Shown here piece after piece: positions 28,661 through 41,519 of a DNA stretch of 64,000 bases. Each line of letters starts with the position of its first letter. Position 1 is the first letter of the stretch. The position numbers were made by a program, and so were the translations under genes. The DNA comes from Ascidiella aspersa (Eukaryota). The notes under the pieces were generated by a model. It ran no database searches, was not told where the DNA came from, and saw nothing but the letters and a program-made list of their open reading frames with translations. The stretch is from NCBI GenBank assembly GCA_963924565.1, contig OZ004613.1:13640001-13704000 (forward strand), in the 5' to 3' direction.

Positions 28661-29057
28661 CAATGTTGTAAACAAGTCATTTTGAAATAAAAATGGTCCC
28701 AGTCAAGTTATTTGGTAAATAACTTAAGCCCAAGTCAAGACGTTTCCCAAGTCAAGTCCCAATCAAGTCATTATTATAAGAAGTCAGATCTAAGTCAAAC
28801 CACTAATGTAATAATAAAACGATAAACCATTAAAATAGGTAAACTTGTAAAAAAACAAAAAAAAACATGTAGCAATCTAATCGTCTTATGTACAAAACTT
28901 GCGATAAATATATCAATTTTATAATAAAATGGTAGATGAAAGCACCTTATTTAAATCCAAGTCATTTGACTCAATGACTTAAGTCAAGTCAAGTCATTTC
29001 TAACAGACTTAAGTCAAGTCAAGTCATTTGAAAACATTGACTTTCATTACAACACCG
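28661..29057. mobile_element. hAT-type MITE, 'GACTTAAGTC' family, copy 2 (opposite orientation)
   Basis: Termini CAATGTTGTAA / TTACAACACCG; TSD CTACTTAT vs CTACCTAT (7/8); reverse-complement similarity to 19922-20328. Confidence 0.8.
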
Positions 29058-29435
29058 CTACCTATATACATCTAACCGTGTTTACCATTTTAACATTTTT
29101 CTTTCTGTTTACAACAAAATGGTAAAAAAAGGAAATCCACAATGGGCGCTAGAGAGCGCTACATTGTTTTTTCGCTTTAGGAAAGTTGACCTCAAAGAAC
29201 CTAATGAGAATTTCGCAGCACATCAAACTGGCTTACATTTAGGATTAGAACTTAACGTCCCTTATTGAACATAAAGGAAAATACGTACATACGATGTTTA
29301 ACATCAGTGAAAATTTAAAAATCAATTTTCCTTGGTAAATAAGTCATGCAAAAAATTTGACGCAGTTCGCAACATTCGCTGGAACCTGGGGTTGCATCCT
29401 GTTCTTGCAAGTACTTTAATTATTTCCCGGAAAAT

Positions 29436-29498
29436 ATGACTTTTTGTCACAGAACCGGCTGAAAAAAGTGACTTTTGTGATAGAACCGGCTGACAAAA
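29436..29498 (+). repeat. Imperfect ~31-bp tandem duplication (TGACTTTT(T)GTsAyAGAACCGGCTGA x2)
   Basis: Directly visible in the sequence. Confidence 0.8.
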
Positions 29499-30776
29499 AA
29501 ATTAAATCCCACCACTGGCTATAGATAGAAGTAAGTGGCAGGGGTTTGGGTCGTGTGGCAGGTATTTGGCGGCGCATATAATGTATAAAAAAGTCTATGC
29601 AAACCAAAGTGACATGACTGCGTTATATATTTAGCAGGTAAATTTGCACTGTAAAGCACCTATCAGGTTTTCTTGTACACTTTCGTTTTACAGTTCCTAT
29701 ATCTTATTGAGATTTTTGACGCCCGAGGAATATATTTCAATTTTGGCTTTATTTATAAGTTTCTTTGTACAATTGTATATGTATGATTTAAGTGCAATAT
29801 TTTAAAAGTAATGAAAATACTAAATACTTTGTACCTAGAACAAATTCGATGTTTCTTTTTAATTGAGTTTGCTTGGCAACATTTCAGTAAGCAATTTAGC
29901 GAAATTTTTAGGAAGGGTACTGCGACCTCTTTATGTTTCACAAGGTTACGTGTGCAAAAAAGTTTGGAATCCACTAACCAATAACAATGGCGTGATATCT
30001 AAAAAGTTTTGGCAAATTCTATAAAGCATACGAAAAACAGATTCTTCCCCGAATTCGCAGACACCCAACAGACCACAAGCAACCGCGGTATTTAGTTAAT
30101 CAGCAGCTCATCATGGATCCGCCGTTCAGCCAACAGACGCCCTTCCGCATTAATCACGATTAAAGCAAAGTTCACGGGCGCCGGTCCGCGGTGGTGGGGC
30201 GACTGGGGCCACGCGGCGTCTACTGTTACGTCATAGGTCGGAGGAAGACTCTGGGGGGAGGGGGTCGCGTGGCAGGTATTTGGCGTCACATCGAGCCGTT
30301 CGCGAGCGCAAGGGCGAAAAACGAAGAAATGCGGATGTGATTCGACCGTGGGAAAATTTGCGGGAAGCCTGGACGCCTGTCGCGCGTGTGAACTACACCT
30401 ATCTCTACGGGTTTGATTAGCTATTTCCTTCGTCAGGATCAAGTCAGCTGCAAGGATTTCGCCCTCCAGAAATGCATGACGTGCCACTCGTGACGTCACG
30501 CCGGCAGTTGATGCAGTGGGATGCATTCGGGCCAGTGAGTCTTTTGATCGCCACAGCTGGAGCCTTGTGTGTTGCGCGTTAGTTATTAAATATCGCCTTT
30601 CAAGCATTTGTAGCGTGTAACCTGAACTAAACTAGGATCTCACGTAAACTAACCAGTATTTGTACTATACTATTTTCTTTTTAGACTGAACCACTTGTAC
30701 TTGTTTATTGTGATATGTTCTATTCGTTTAATTAGTAGTTCTATATGCTACTCATTCAACATTATTATGCCTAAAC

Positions 30777-30996
30777 CAGGGGTGGGAAAATGTATTTAAT
30801 GAAAGAGTCATTTGCAGAAAATACAAGTAGCAGAGAGCCACACAATTATTTCAATACAAAACTGTAATTAATGCAAGTTCAGCAATAATTCCCTAAACGG
30901 TACTCTTGGTAGCTTTTACAATTTGGGGGAATTTTTACGATTCGACTAGAAGAGCCACAAAAAACATGCCGGCGAGACACATTTTGCCCACCCCTG
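30777..30996. mobile_element. hAT (Charlie-like) MITE
   Basis: TIRs CAGGGGTGGGAAAATGT / ACATTTTGCCCACCCCTG; TSD GCCTAAAC vs CTCTAAAC (6/8). Confidence 0.82.
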
Positions 30997-33900
30997 CTCT
31001 AAACCTATTGGTTTTCGATCAAACGGTAGGTTTTCGCAAAGTTATCAGGAAATAAACATTTCTTGTATTCACCATATTATAGTCAACAATTTCTACAAAT
31101 TGCAGCTCAGACGTCTGATACGACTCCCTGTTCAACGGAAAGTAATGCGCTTTTATTTCGAACGACAATTAATTAAACCTTTTGCTGAAAACTCCAATCT
31201 TCTAAGTAACAGATCAGCGAAGTCTGCGAACTCATTTATTTTTGCACTCGCTTTTACAAGACAGATTTTGCCAAGTTTAAAATGGCTAGCGTTTTTTAAT
31301 ATAAATTTAATTAACGCGGCTAATTTTGTATTTATGACAAAACACAGTTCAAAATTAATGTTTCTTGGAAATAATCGCTATTTTAATATTAGTTGTTCGT
31401 AAACAAATCTCGAAAGTAACAAAATGATATTCGATTTAATTGTATAAGTTTGCCTTTCGGCCCAGACTACAAATGCAATCAATTTGAATTGGTGACTGCA
31501 GGGCAAAATGAGACAAGAAATTATTCTGGATTTGTTACTAGACAGAAGCGAGTCTTTAAGCAAACAGAGATCATTTTCTGGAAACTTACTCGGCAGAAAC
31601 GAAACGAGTAAAACCACTTTATTTCTTATTTAGTATGGTTGTAGATGTATAACAAATTATGGCGATTGCTCATCCCTTTTAAAGAAGTTGATTTCATTAT
31701 TTTTGAGATGAGCGTAAACCACGTCATATGTATAAAGCTGGACTTCTAGAGATTACATAACATCCCAAAGCACATGACCGGGAAAATAATAAACGTTTTA
31801 ACAGTATAAAAAAGTTCTCATTTTAAAACGAATAAAATTCAACCAAAAATACGCTATACATTCCCTTTAATGAGAAAGTCAGTAAATGAAACTAAAACCG
31901 CCAGGCTGTTGCTATTTTCGCGGTCGTCGTTACATATTCTTTTCACGATTCGTCATTGTATTCGCCGTCCATCATTCGTTTCCCATGACCAACAAATACA
32001 ACCAATATTTGGCGTTGATGGTCACGTGTACCAACACCTGGTCACTATAAAAGAGGCGAAAGGCATTGCTGGTGGTCGTAAATGTCATAACACATCAAAG
32101 GAGTACAATGTGCAACACTAACGTTATGCCAGCTGTCAATTTTTACCCATCCTAAAAACGGGGAAAACGATTTGGGAGACTGTGTGTAAATATCAGCCGT
32201 TTTGAAGAATTCCTTGGCGCAATAAAACACTGTGTAACGTGAGGTGCTATTTCCGCCGCCGTAAAAATCGCAATTGTCTTGGAAAAAGTTTGCTTGTTTG
32301 CCCGCCATTATCACTTGTTTCCCACACCGACGCACTGGTTTACTTATCATCGCATCGCTGCGTGATTCACCCATCATCAGGTTTTCTTTTCACTCGACGC
32401 GGTCGCATTTTTCCCCCAGCGACGGTTACATCTCATACACACACGCGACCGCATCAGCTCGTATCAAACCGCCGAGTATGGTGTCCGAACACTTGTAAAA
32501 GGGCCACGGGCACGCCGTAACTTATGTGCGGGTCAGCCCACGCAATGGTCGCGTTGTGTCAATAAGGCTGCGGTCGGGTGGAAGTGTGTGGAACACCTGA
32601 TGAGTGACAGCCCACACAGCAGTCCTACTGAACTATATAGGTGCTCCCCTCGCGGCTTTCTGTACCGTGGCTAATTGTCCGCGCTTTTGCTACCTTATAT
32701 GCCGCTGCGACGTTCGCGAGCAGTGTGACGTATTCTTTAAGTTTCTGGTGACGTCACAAAAAAGTGCCGCGCGGCATTGCAGCGATGTTGCGCCTGCAAA
32801 CACCGCGTCTATTTCGGGATCACCAATTCAAAAGCTGTGACCGTAGCCGACTTAAATAGCTTCCTTGTTCGTGATATTGGGAAATCCTTTTTTGCACCTG
32901 TATAGAGACTGAACAATCAAATATGCTATAGGCATTTAAAATCACTGTTCGAATTTAGCGGCTTGTGTGTGACGAAATAAAATCTGAAAATCAAAAATAT
33001 CAGGCATGCATTTACAACTGGTTGAGTTCAAATTTCTTAAAAATGCTAAATAAATTGTAAAAACATAGAATACTTTGGGAAAGATTACTCAAATGATACT
33101 GGAAATTACAGCTGAATCTGCAAAACTTTCTCATTAATTAATATTTCAAAACTTGCACAGCGAAGTCAAAGTACAAGTATTTTAGCACGGTAAAATAACT
33201 ACTATGTCTTTATTTTATGCAAAAAGTGGTTAAAATCGGCAATGATTTATTCTTGTTTAGGCGATTGAAACTATAATATTTAATGACCTAAACCAAACAG
33301 AAGCTTTGTGGATAGATGCACGATGCTTGATATTTCATGCAATTCAGTCCCAACTTTTCGTTTAGGGTGTAAACAGATTTCGACCCAACCTTATATATAG
33401 GTAGAAGCTTTTCAGAACCACACCCGAGTGAAAATGCTGCACTAAGCCATAAAAAATAAATTGTATTCAAATGATTTTGGCGAACAAGACTTCGTCCGAT
33501 TCCACAAAAGATGCAAACTAAACCAATTCCCCACTCCTATGTATACTGCCGCGAATTTGGCGTCCAGCAAATATTTTGGTGGTTGCAGTTTTCCGACGCC
33601 TCCAAACTTATCTGTGTATACAATCGCATCCACTGTGACTTGCTGATCTTTCTCATTTCAACAAAAAGGAACCACATTCTTAAGTGGCGACAACGTTTGA
33701 TTTGCATCAATTTAACCCTTTCACTCGCTATCATAGCAACATCGAGATGATTTTGTAGATCGCATGATTAGTGCATACAAAATACCTTCCCTTCGGTCGC
33801 AAACAACCAAGCCCATTTAAAGCTGAAATATTAAAGGCAACACGACCTTCTACACCTTGTTTTGACAATAATCTAAACGCTAAAAGCTTTGTAATCGGTA

Positions 33901-35409
33901 ATCGGAACAGTTTTGTGGAAAACCTCGTTTTTATTTGCACGAGAGTTATTTGTATGAAAGTATTTTATAGAAAATTACGACTTGTGTTGTGTTTTTTGTT
34001 TTTTCGTTAAAAGTATAGGTCGAATTTTCGTTTAAAATCCACACCTGAAACAGATATGGTGAGATTTCCGATACCTGGTTTAAAACTGAGGTTTGGAAAA
34101 AAATTATGCCGGTACGAAACCTGTTACGCGATTGCTGAAGCTAAATAAACAAAATTGTAAAACGGATGACTCGATGTGTTTAACCTTATATGAGTTTGGT
34201 ATCGCACAAGGTCGAAACAATTCTAGTTTTAACCAAGAAATGTATGACTATGACCTCTTCAAAATATGCAATCAAATACTGAAATTGACTTCTTTACCCT
34301 TTTGATCGGAAACTAAGTAACATCTTAAATTTGTAATGCCTGACTTTGTCCTATATTTAGCGCTGTGATATTTTTGTGTTATAAATATCGGCAAACAAAA
34401 AGTATTATTATATGTTTTAAACACTATTAAGTTTCGTTTGTAGCTTTTTTCAGAATATAACTAATTGAAAATAATAAGAGTTTATTACCACAAAATGTTG
34501 GTATAGGCTTGATATCATCACAGAATCGAGGCAGAGGAACTACAACCTATAGTATCGGGTATCGACCATGGTCGGAAAATATAGGGTATCCCAAGGAACG
34601 GCCATCCGATAACGCATGTTTGTGTTTTACGAGGGTACCGGAAAACGAGCATGAAAAAAGGCTCGGACAAAAAAAAAGGACTTGTCGTATCGCTAAAAAT
34701 TCGATCGCATCGTAAAACACCAGTAACCGGTGGAAAACGCACGTACGCATCGCTGACATTTGGAAGTTATCGTCACTCGCTAATGACAAACGGCAGTTAA
34801 ACCTGTTGTCGTGGAGCCATTCAGCAGCTGGGCAGTTGGGCAACTGCAGTGATATTCTCACACCTGTATGTTTTTTTATTTATCAAATAGTCGCAAATAC
34901 GAAAACGTGACAGTTCAGCGACAGGTGTGTCTGCGTTTTGCGCCGAACTCTTTAAAACCGGCGGAAGGTAATTCACCGATATAAAATGATGCACCCGGGG
35001 CAATGCTCTTTCGAGCAAAACCAAGCCTACTTTAATCGGCCGAGTAATATATGTTGCCAGATTAGGCCTTGTTAACTAACTGATTTGTAGATTGCTACTC
35101 GTTCTATATTGTTCTTTTGAAACAAAGCTTAACAATTAGATTGATTTTATTCCAGATTAACAGTATTCTAAACAAGATATTTCCAAAAGTCACTGTTCCA
35201 AGCGACGAGTTACGCAATTCAAGTATTGGCATCGCAAACTAATATTAAACTTCTAAACATTGTAAACATGTTGATTTCTGGCCAATATTTCGCAACGCAA
35301 AAAACAAAAAAAACGAAACAAATCGCACGTTCGCATTTCTTACAATTTATAATTGGCCAAAAAAATCCAATTTTACTAAAATAGATTTTACTAAAAACCG
35401 CCTTGACAT

Positions 35410-35577
35410 ATATAGTCAAGTCATTTATGCAAATGGCAGAAGTCTAAGTCAAATCCTATGTCTAAATGACTTAAGTTAAGTCAAGTCAGTTTATCCAAAA
35501 TACGTCAATTAAGTCTTTTAAAACAGTTAGTTAAGTGCACTTAAGCCAAGTGATTTACTTAAGTCATAACAACACTG
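35410..35577. mobile_element. Partial copy of the 'GACTTAAGTC' MITE family
   Basis: AAGTCAAGTC/GACTTAAG repeats ending in the terminus CAACACTG; the other end was not found. Confidence 0.6.
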
Positions 35578-38500
35578 CGAATTAATAAACAAATTGATTG
35601 TAACAGACAATTGTTCTTCAGTACCAATTTGGTTTGGATTTACATGGGTTAAATAAGTTACTTGGACATTTGTGTTATTTCCAAGAAAAACAGACGTCCT
35701 TGCTTCAACCTGCAACACTCTACACCCAGGCTCTGGAGGAAATGCCCTATCACTCCACAGTAAGAATAAGAAGGGCACAAAGAAAACTTGATTTACACAC
35801 AGTATGGTGAATATGCATACAACTCGTAAAACTTAAGCGAGATCTCCTGCCGGGTCAAGACTCACAGTTCTAAAAGCCTGGCTGAACAGCCTATTAAAAA
35901 TGTAAACATATATAAGAAACAGAGAAATAATGTTTATCGCGTGTACTTGTGTACGTATACGTCTCCCTATGAAGTTGTAATATACATAGTCATTACCATG
36001 ACACAGACAATAGCTAAATAGCAACCGCGTGTTGTTAGTCAGCACCTCCGGTGGACTCCATAAATCTTAGCCGGCGTTTCTGTCAACCTCTAGGCCTATT
36101 CTCACCATTACACGGGAGGCGTTACAGAATCACGTGTCTGTGTGTATATATAAGCGCCGGCCGGTAAGCCCTCCCTTGAGGGTCAGCGACCCCAAGTCTC
36201 GTTTGCCCCCGTTAATCTGGGGTGGCAGACATCGGGTCACGAACCCTCGGTGTTGATTTTGCATATTCCACTGGTATCTTAGGCATTAGAACGTTTCTTT
36301 CTTTTTTCCACCGGTATCATTTTGATGACTATTGGACCGATCTAGCAAGGTGGCGAAAATACAGGTCGTGACCTTTTTATGGAATAGTTGGCAAACACCT
36401 TTCACCTTAGGTAACAGGCCACAAACACATAACGGAAACTAAGTCAATACCTATAGGGCCGGAATTCGATCAACTCTTGGACATACTACAAAATATGCTA
36501 TATGTGTTGCTAGTAAAATAAGCCTTTAGTTTATAACATTACTGCTGTAATTTTTTTTTAAATGCAATTTTTAAAATTTCTTGCTCGTTTATGGCCACAA
36601 AAAACGTATTAGCCAAGTTTTTGCTATCGCTTCTCTGTGTTTTTTAATTACTTGCTAAAAAAAACTAGAGTTAGGAAAAAATCATTTAGGGTTTGTTTTA
36701 GAAAGCTTAAAAATTGAATTCATTGTGCCTACGGTTTCCATTTAGCCATAATTATGAAAATTATGGTAAAAATAGGCCACTTGATGTATCATATCTCGAT
36801 TGAATTCTATGGAAACCATACGGCAAAAGAAAAGCGAAAAAAATGATCTTCGAGGGTTTACAGATATCTTCTATTTCGCAAAAATGACGAGAGATATTAC
36901 TCTTAAAATGCGGATATCACAGAAGCACAACTCGGCTGGCGTTCAGGCGCGTTTGGCCAATATTCTGTCAGCGGGCGTCAAAGAGTGAGGCGCGATTCTA
37001 CAAAGCAACAACCAGTTCCTCAACCTCGACCGCAGACGAGCGATTCCAATCAGGCGGCTAAAAGAAAGGAAAGACCAAGGCAACCGATGGTCGTTCAGCT
37101 TTGATGAGGCACTTTGGGGTTTATTTGGCTTGTCAGGCCCGTGACCCGCCTTCGGTCCTAGTCGTGCAATGACACGATGGTAACAAAGACATCCTTTTTG
37201 GCAAGCGCCAGTTTTCTCAAGGGCATCTACCGGACGTCTACCTGTCTGTTAAAAAACTAAGGTTCGAGCTTAAAGATAATTTTTCTCTATAATTCTTATC
37301 GGACGTAAGGAATTAAGCAGTTTTTTTCTATGCTGACGAGAGTGTTAAACCTGATTTATGTGTATATAATGCAAATTAAAGAAAGTCAAGGAATGTAAAG
37401 ATTTGTTTTATGCATTTTATGAAACTTTGTACAGAAGACCCTACTTAAAATAAAGGAAAAGTCCCTTTAACTCTTTAAAATTTTCATTTGGGAATAGAAG
37501 ATCATGTGTGATAGGAAGAGAAGTGCCTTATTATATTTGGAAAACGACAAAATTATTTTTTCCTAACGAAGCACAGCAAGAAATCGTGTAAATATCGTAC
37601 ACAACATTTTTCTCTCAAGTCTTGAGCCGCAAGGCCTCGAACCCGCGACCCTTGGTTTCGGTGCCATTGATCTGAAAATCGTTCCATCCATGACCTCACC
37701 GTTGCGAAAATAGCCCATCAAAACATCAACAGCGAAGACTAAAATGGGCCGAGATCGGCGTTGATCAAACGACCAATGACTTGAATAAGCCATTGGCAAT
37801 GGGGCGCGAAGTGACAAATCAAGGCAGCCGTAACATCACTTGCTGGCCAAATGCCTGAAGTGTGATGTAGTCTTTTGGCGTCCGGCCGAATCAGAATCGT
37901 GCGGTTTTCTGGTCCCATACAGCCCGACCCAAAACAAGCAAAATCATTTCTTCAAAGCGCCAGACGATAGTTCAGAATGCATCAGACGGGACTCTTGTTT
38001 TTTAGCTGAAGCTTTAATAAACTGCAAGCTGTGCCGACCGGTTTTGAAATGAGGATAAATGAACCTTGGGCCATCGTAACAGCCAGGTTCGCGAACCACG
38101 CGTGCGCGTGAATCACTTAAAGCTCGTTTGATCGTGCAATTTCTAAGTTACGTCAATAGATTTTGATTTGGCCTGGCAAAACTAAAATTTTTTAAAGGAA
38201 TGCAACCTATAGTACCTTGATTTAATATTATTCTTATAACTGAGTTCCTATTCAATATTTAATCTATTTCAATATTTAATCTATTTTATTTGATTTGTAA
38301 TAAATCTTTCTTTTAATAAATGAGGATCGAAGAGCCTCAAGGCAATGAATAATATTTAAAAAATATATATATTTGAAGTTATTTGATTTTCTGAAAAAAC
38401 GGGCAGGTGAACGAACTCCTATCTATAGAAGCCTTCGAAAATTTTAGGTTTAATTCACCACAAACAGTTTGCAGAAAACGATTATTTTCCATTAACAACA

Positions 38501-39254
38501 TTTAATCCGGGTTTCACAAGGAAACACAGATGGAGCCTATATTATGTGAATTGAAAAGAAAACTACTAAACCGGACGGAAATTTTAATCGAAATGTTTGA
38601 CTCGAAGCTAATGCGTTGTGATATTTCGTCATACGATTCAAACGTGAAAAACTGAATCACGGGCCAAATCCGCCGACTCATAGAACCGATGCAGCGCGTG
38701 ACGCATTATCCAGCTCCAGCTGGGAAACGGCCGATCCAAAAAAGAGCTTCCTTGTCAAGTAAACTGTTGACGGCCCTTTACGCAATATTAGTAAGAATAC
38801 TGGAAGCAATTCGACAACTCCGGGTTGACGCCCGAAGGAGAAAGTTAACCTCTGAAGTGCGGATGACCTGTCACCTTTGTTCCAGCCAGAACTTTCACCA
38901 CTAATCGTACTTTGCATGTTCAAAGCCACCTCAAAGATTTCCATCTAAATGCTTTCGCCCCCTGGTAAACTGCAAGATAAAGGGTCGGAAAATATAAATT
39001 AAATTATTTCATAGCCGCCATATTGTAACAACTACATTATTGCTTGAATTCTGTGAACATTATAGTTACTTTTTTATTGACTCAACATGGCTTAAATACC
39101 ATGGTAAATTCACTTGCATTGGCTTAAGGTAAACGTCTTAAATTAAACATTATTGTTTTAATTAAATACATATTTAATAAATTGCGGTCTAGGCGTACAC
39201 AATTTGTTTTGTGTTTTGTTGATGCTTTTATCAAAATAAGCTTGATTTTAACAG

Positions 39255-39350
39255 TTAGTGACCTGACTTTGATAGCAAATGACTTCGTTTGGACTTCGAA
39301 TGGACTTGGTATTTGTTTAAAATGACTGGATTTGAACTTAAGTCAAACAT
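39255..39350. mobile_element. Degraded fragment of the 'GACTTAAGTC' MITE family
   Basis: Cluster of (AAAT)GACTT motifs and ACTTAAGTCAA; no termini. Confidence 0.4.
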
Positions 39351-41519
39351 GTTTTTAACAGCTAGCCCGTATGGGATGCACAGATTATACAAAAGAAATG
39401 TTGGTAAGCGGCCGGACAAGCGCATTAAAAGTGGACGAAAATGGGCCCCTAGTACTAGAGACTTAGGCTGGTGTGAATGACTCTTTATTAAAACCAGATC
39501 AAAGTCTAGACTCTCGCCTTGCGGGCATCGGACAACCCGAAATAACGGCGTTTACGCTTAAACCTGTAGTGGAATTGGCCGCTGAAGTTCACATCATTTG
39601 ATCGTAAATAACCACAGGACAAACGCCGCAATCTCGGTACTTTGTCATATCTCTAGTCATCTGCGGCCACTGCCCCATTGTTTAGTTGATCCGCCCAATC
39701 ACTTTGGCTATGCGAGTCGACAAATTAAAAATAGACCGCGTGTGTACATCGCTTCCTCTTACGTTTCAGCATGCGAAAGTTAAGAATCGGGCTGCTATAA
39801 AACGCACCGCAATAGTGAATAACTGCTGAGGAGAAATAGGGCTCGAAGGGATTTTTCGTCGAGTCATATTTTGTCATCGAGGTTCGACTTGATTTAGTTA
39901 TATATATATATATATATACATGATTAAAGGAGTTGTTTATCTCAGGGGTTAGCACTGTGATTTTTAAATTGGGAAAATTGAAAACAAGCTCAATTGACAC
40001 CATTGAAAATTTTGTCGAGTCATATAAGAAGAGCTTTTTACTAACTGGCTTCACCTTAAACTGCCGTTGCAATTGTAACTGGAAAGTTTGTAGCGTCACA
40101 CATTTAAAAATAGATAACTTTCATTTTGTGATATTTTCGGCTTGTAGAACATTTAGGTATTAGCATGTGTGCCCGACTTGTATAAAATTGCTATGTAATA
40201 TGACCGCTATAGGTTTAAATAGAAACGGCTACACTTCGACATGTCGGAAATGACTGTAGTTTGTGTTAAAAGGCGTCGTTTTTGATTAGGAAACATTCAA
40301 ATAATTTAAGTACAGCAAATGCTTACGTATAGGTCAATATTCTATTCGTTCATGATATTGGCATAATTTCAATAACGGGGCTACAATAAGTATAAATAGA
40401 GAATGTACAGATTTTTGTTGGGTCTACTAGAAAACTGAAATACACGGCTATTTAATTTCTATTATTTGGCAACCTATTTCTGCCAACTTTGATTACATCC
40501 ATGTTTGGAAAAAGCGCGTGTAAGGTTACACTCGGTCGTCACCTACACTAGCCGCTACGAGACTACGTCATCGAAAATTCGAGCAACGCAAACTATTTAG
40601 GAAGGCACAATGCGTCCAATGCACGTCGTTACCTAACCACAACAATCCATAGTTCCCAATGGTAACCTATGCACTCTCACCACAACAGCTAATCGCAAAT
40701 AGCATTCAGCTATGTCGTTTTGCATCGCGTCACACTCCGAATTCGCTGACGTATTGATGACGCTACCTGATTAAAATATTCCCGTCAAAACACAAAGTTC
40801 TTCATTGGCTTTCAATGGAGCAGTGATGTTTGCTCGGCAAACAGCGATGTTCTAAAGCGTACAAATATGTTGGAATTTTTGCTTGTATCCTTGACGGTAT
40901 TAGTCGTGCGCCCTGTGGTCTCTATAGTTAATCCGTGGCTAGAGTTTGTTCAAAAACAAATAGCGTTAGAGCGGAATACAATAAATGCTTTATCAATTAA
41001 AACAGATTGCTATACTTTTCAATATTATTTTAAGGTGTTAAATCGCTAAATATTTTGCACTCTTTGGGAATTTCAAAGTGTAACAAATTAATGGATTTTT
41101 CGAGTAAACAATATTCTTAGGCATTATTTAGGGAAAGCCAGAAAACATCTTCCTCGGAATCTATTAACAGTTTTTGTCTCCCAATCAAACAATATTTTGA
41201 TGGTCAAGTCTTTTTCATTAACGTAAGGACACAAGGGTAAATAGCACATTTTTAGTAAATATTTCTTCCATGCTTTTGCTCTTCGTTTTCGAGCACGTTT
41301 TGAGTTACATATAGCTCTAGGCGCAACACAACAACGAATTTCACATAAATCCCAGATTATACCGTGTTTTGCAAGTTTATTGGAGAAAAAAAGTTTCTCA
41401 TAAAGGGTTTTGTACATGGTAAAAATAAAACGCCATATAAAGTGCACAAGGGAAATTATGCAATGATTCCTAAAAAATAAATGCTGACGTCAAATCGAAT
41501 GATTGCCTAAGAAAAACTA

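Noticed and set aside
19922-29057. Short repeated GACTTAAGTC units that might suggest a CRISPR-like array
   Set aside because: Irregular spacing, no unique spacers, bounded by TIRs and TSDs; these are MITE subterminal repeats in a eukaryotic context.
30092-30607. 171-aa minus-strand ORF
   Set aside because: No recognisable domain or splice context; typical of the stop-poor GC islands throughout the window.
37625-37700. tRNA/SINE B-box-like GGTCGCGGGTTCGAGGCC on the minus strand
   Set aside because: No A box or cloverleaf can be built.
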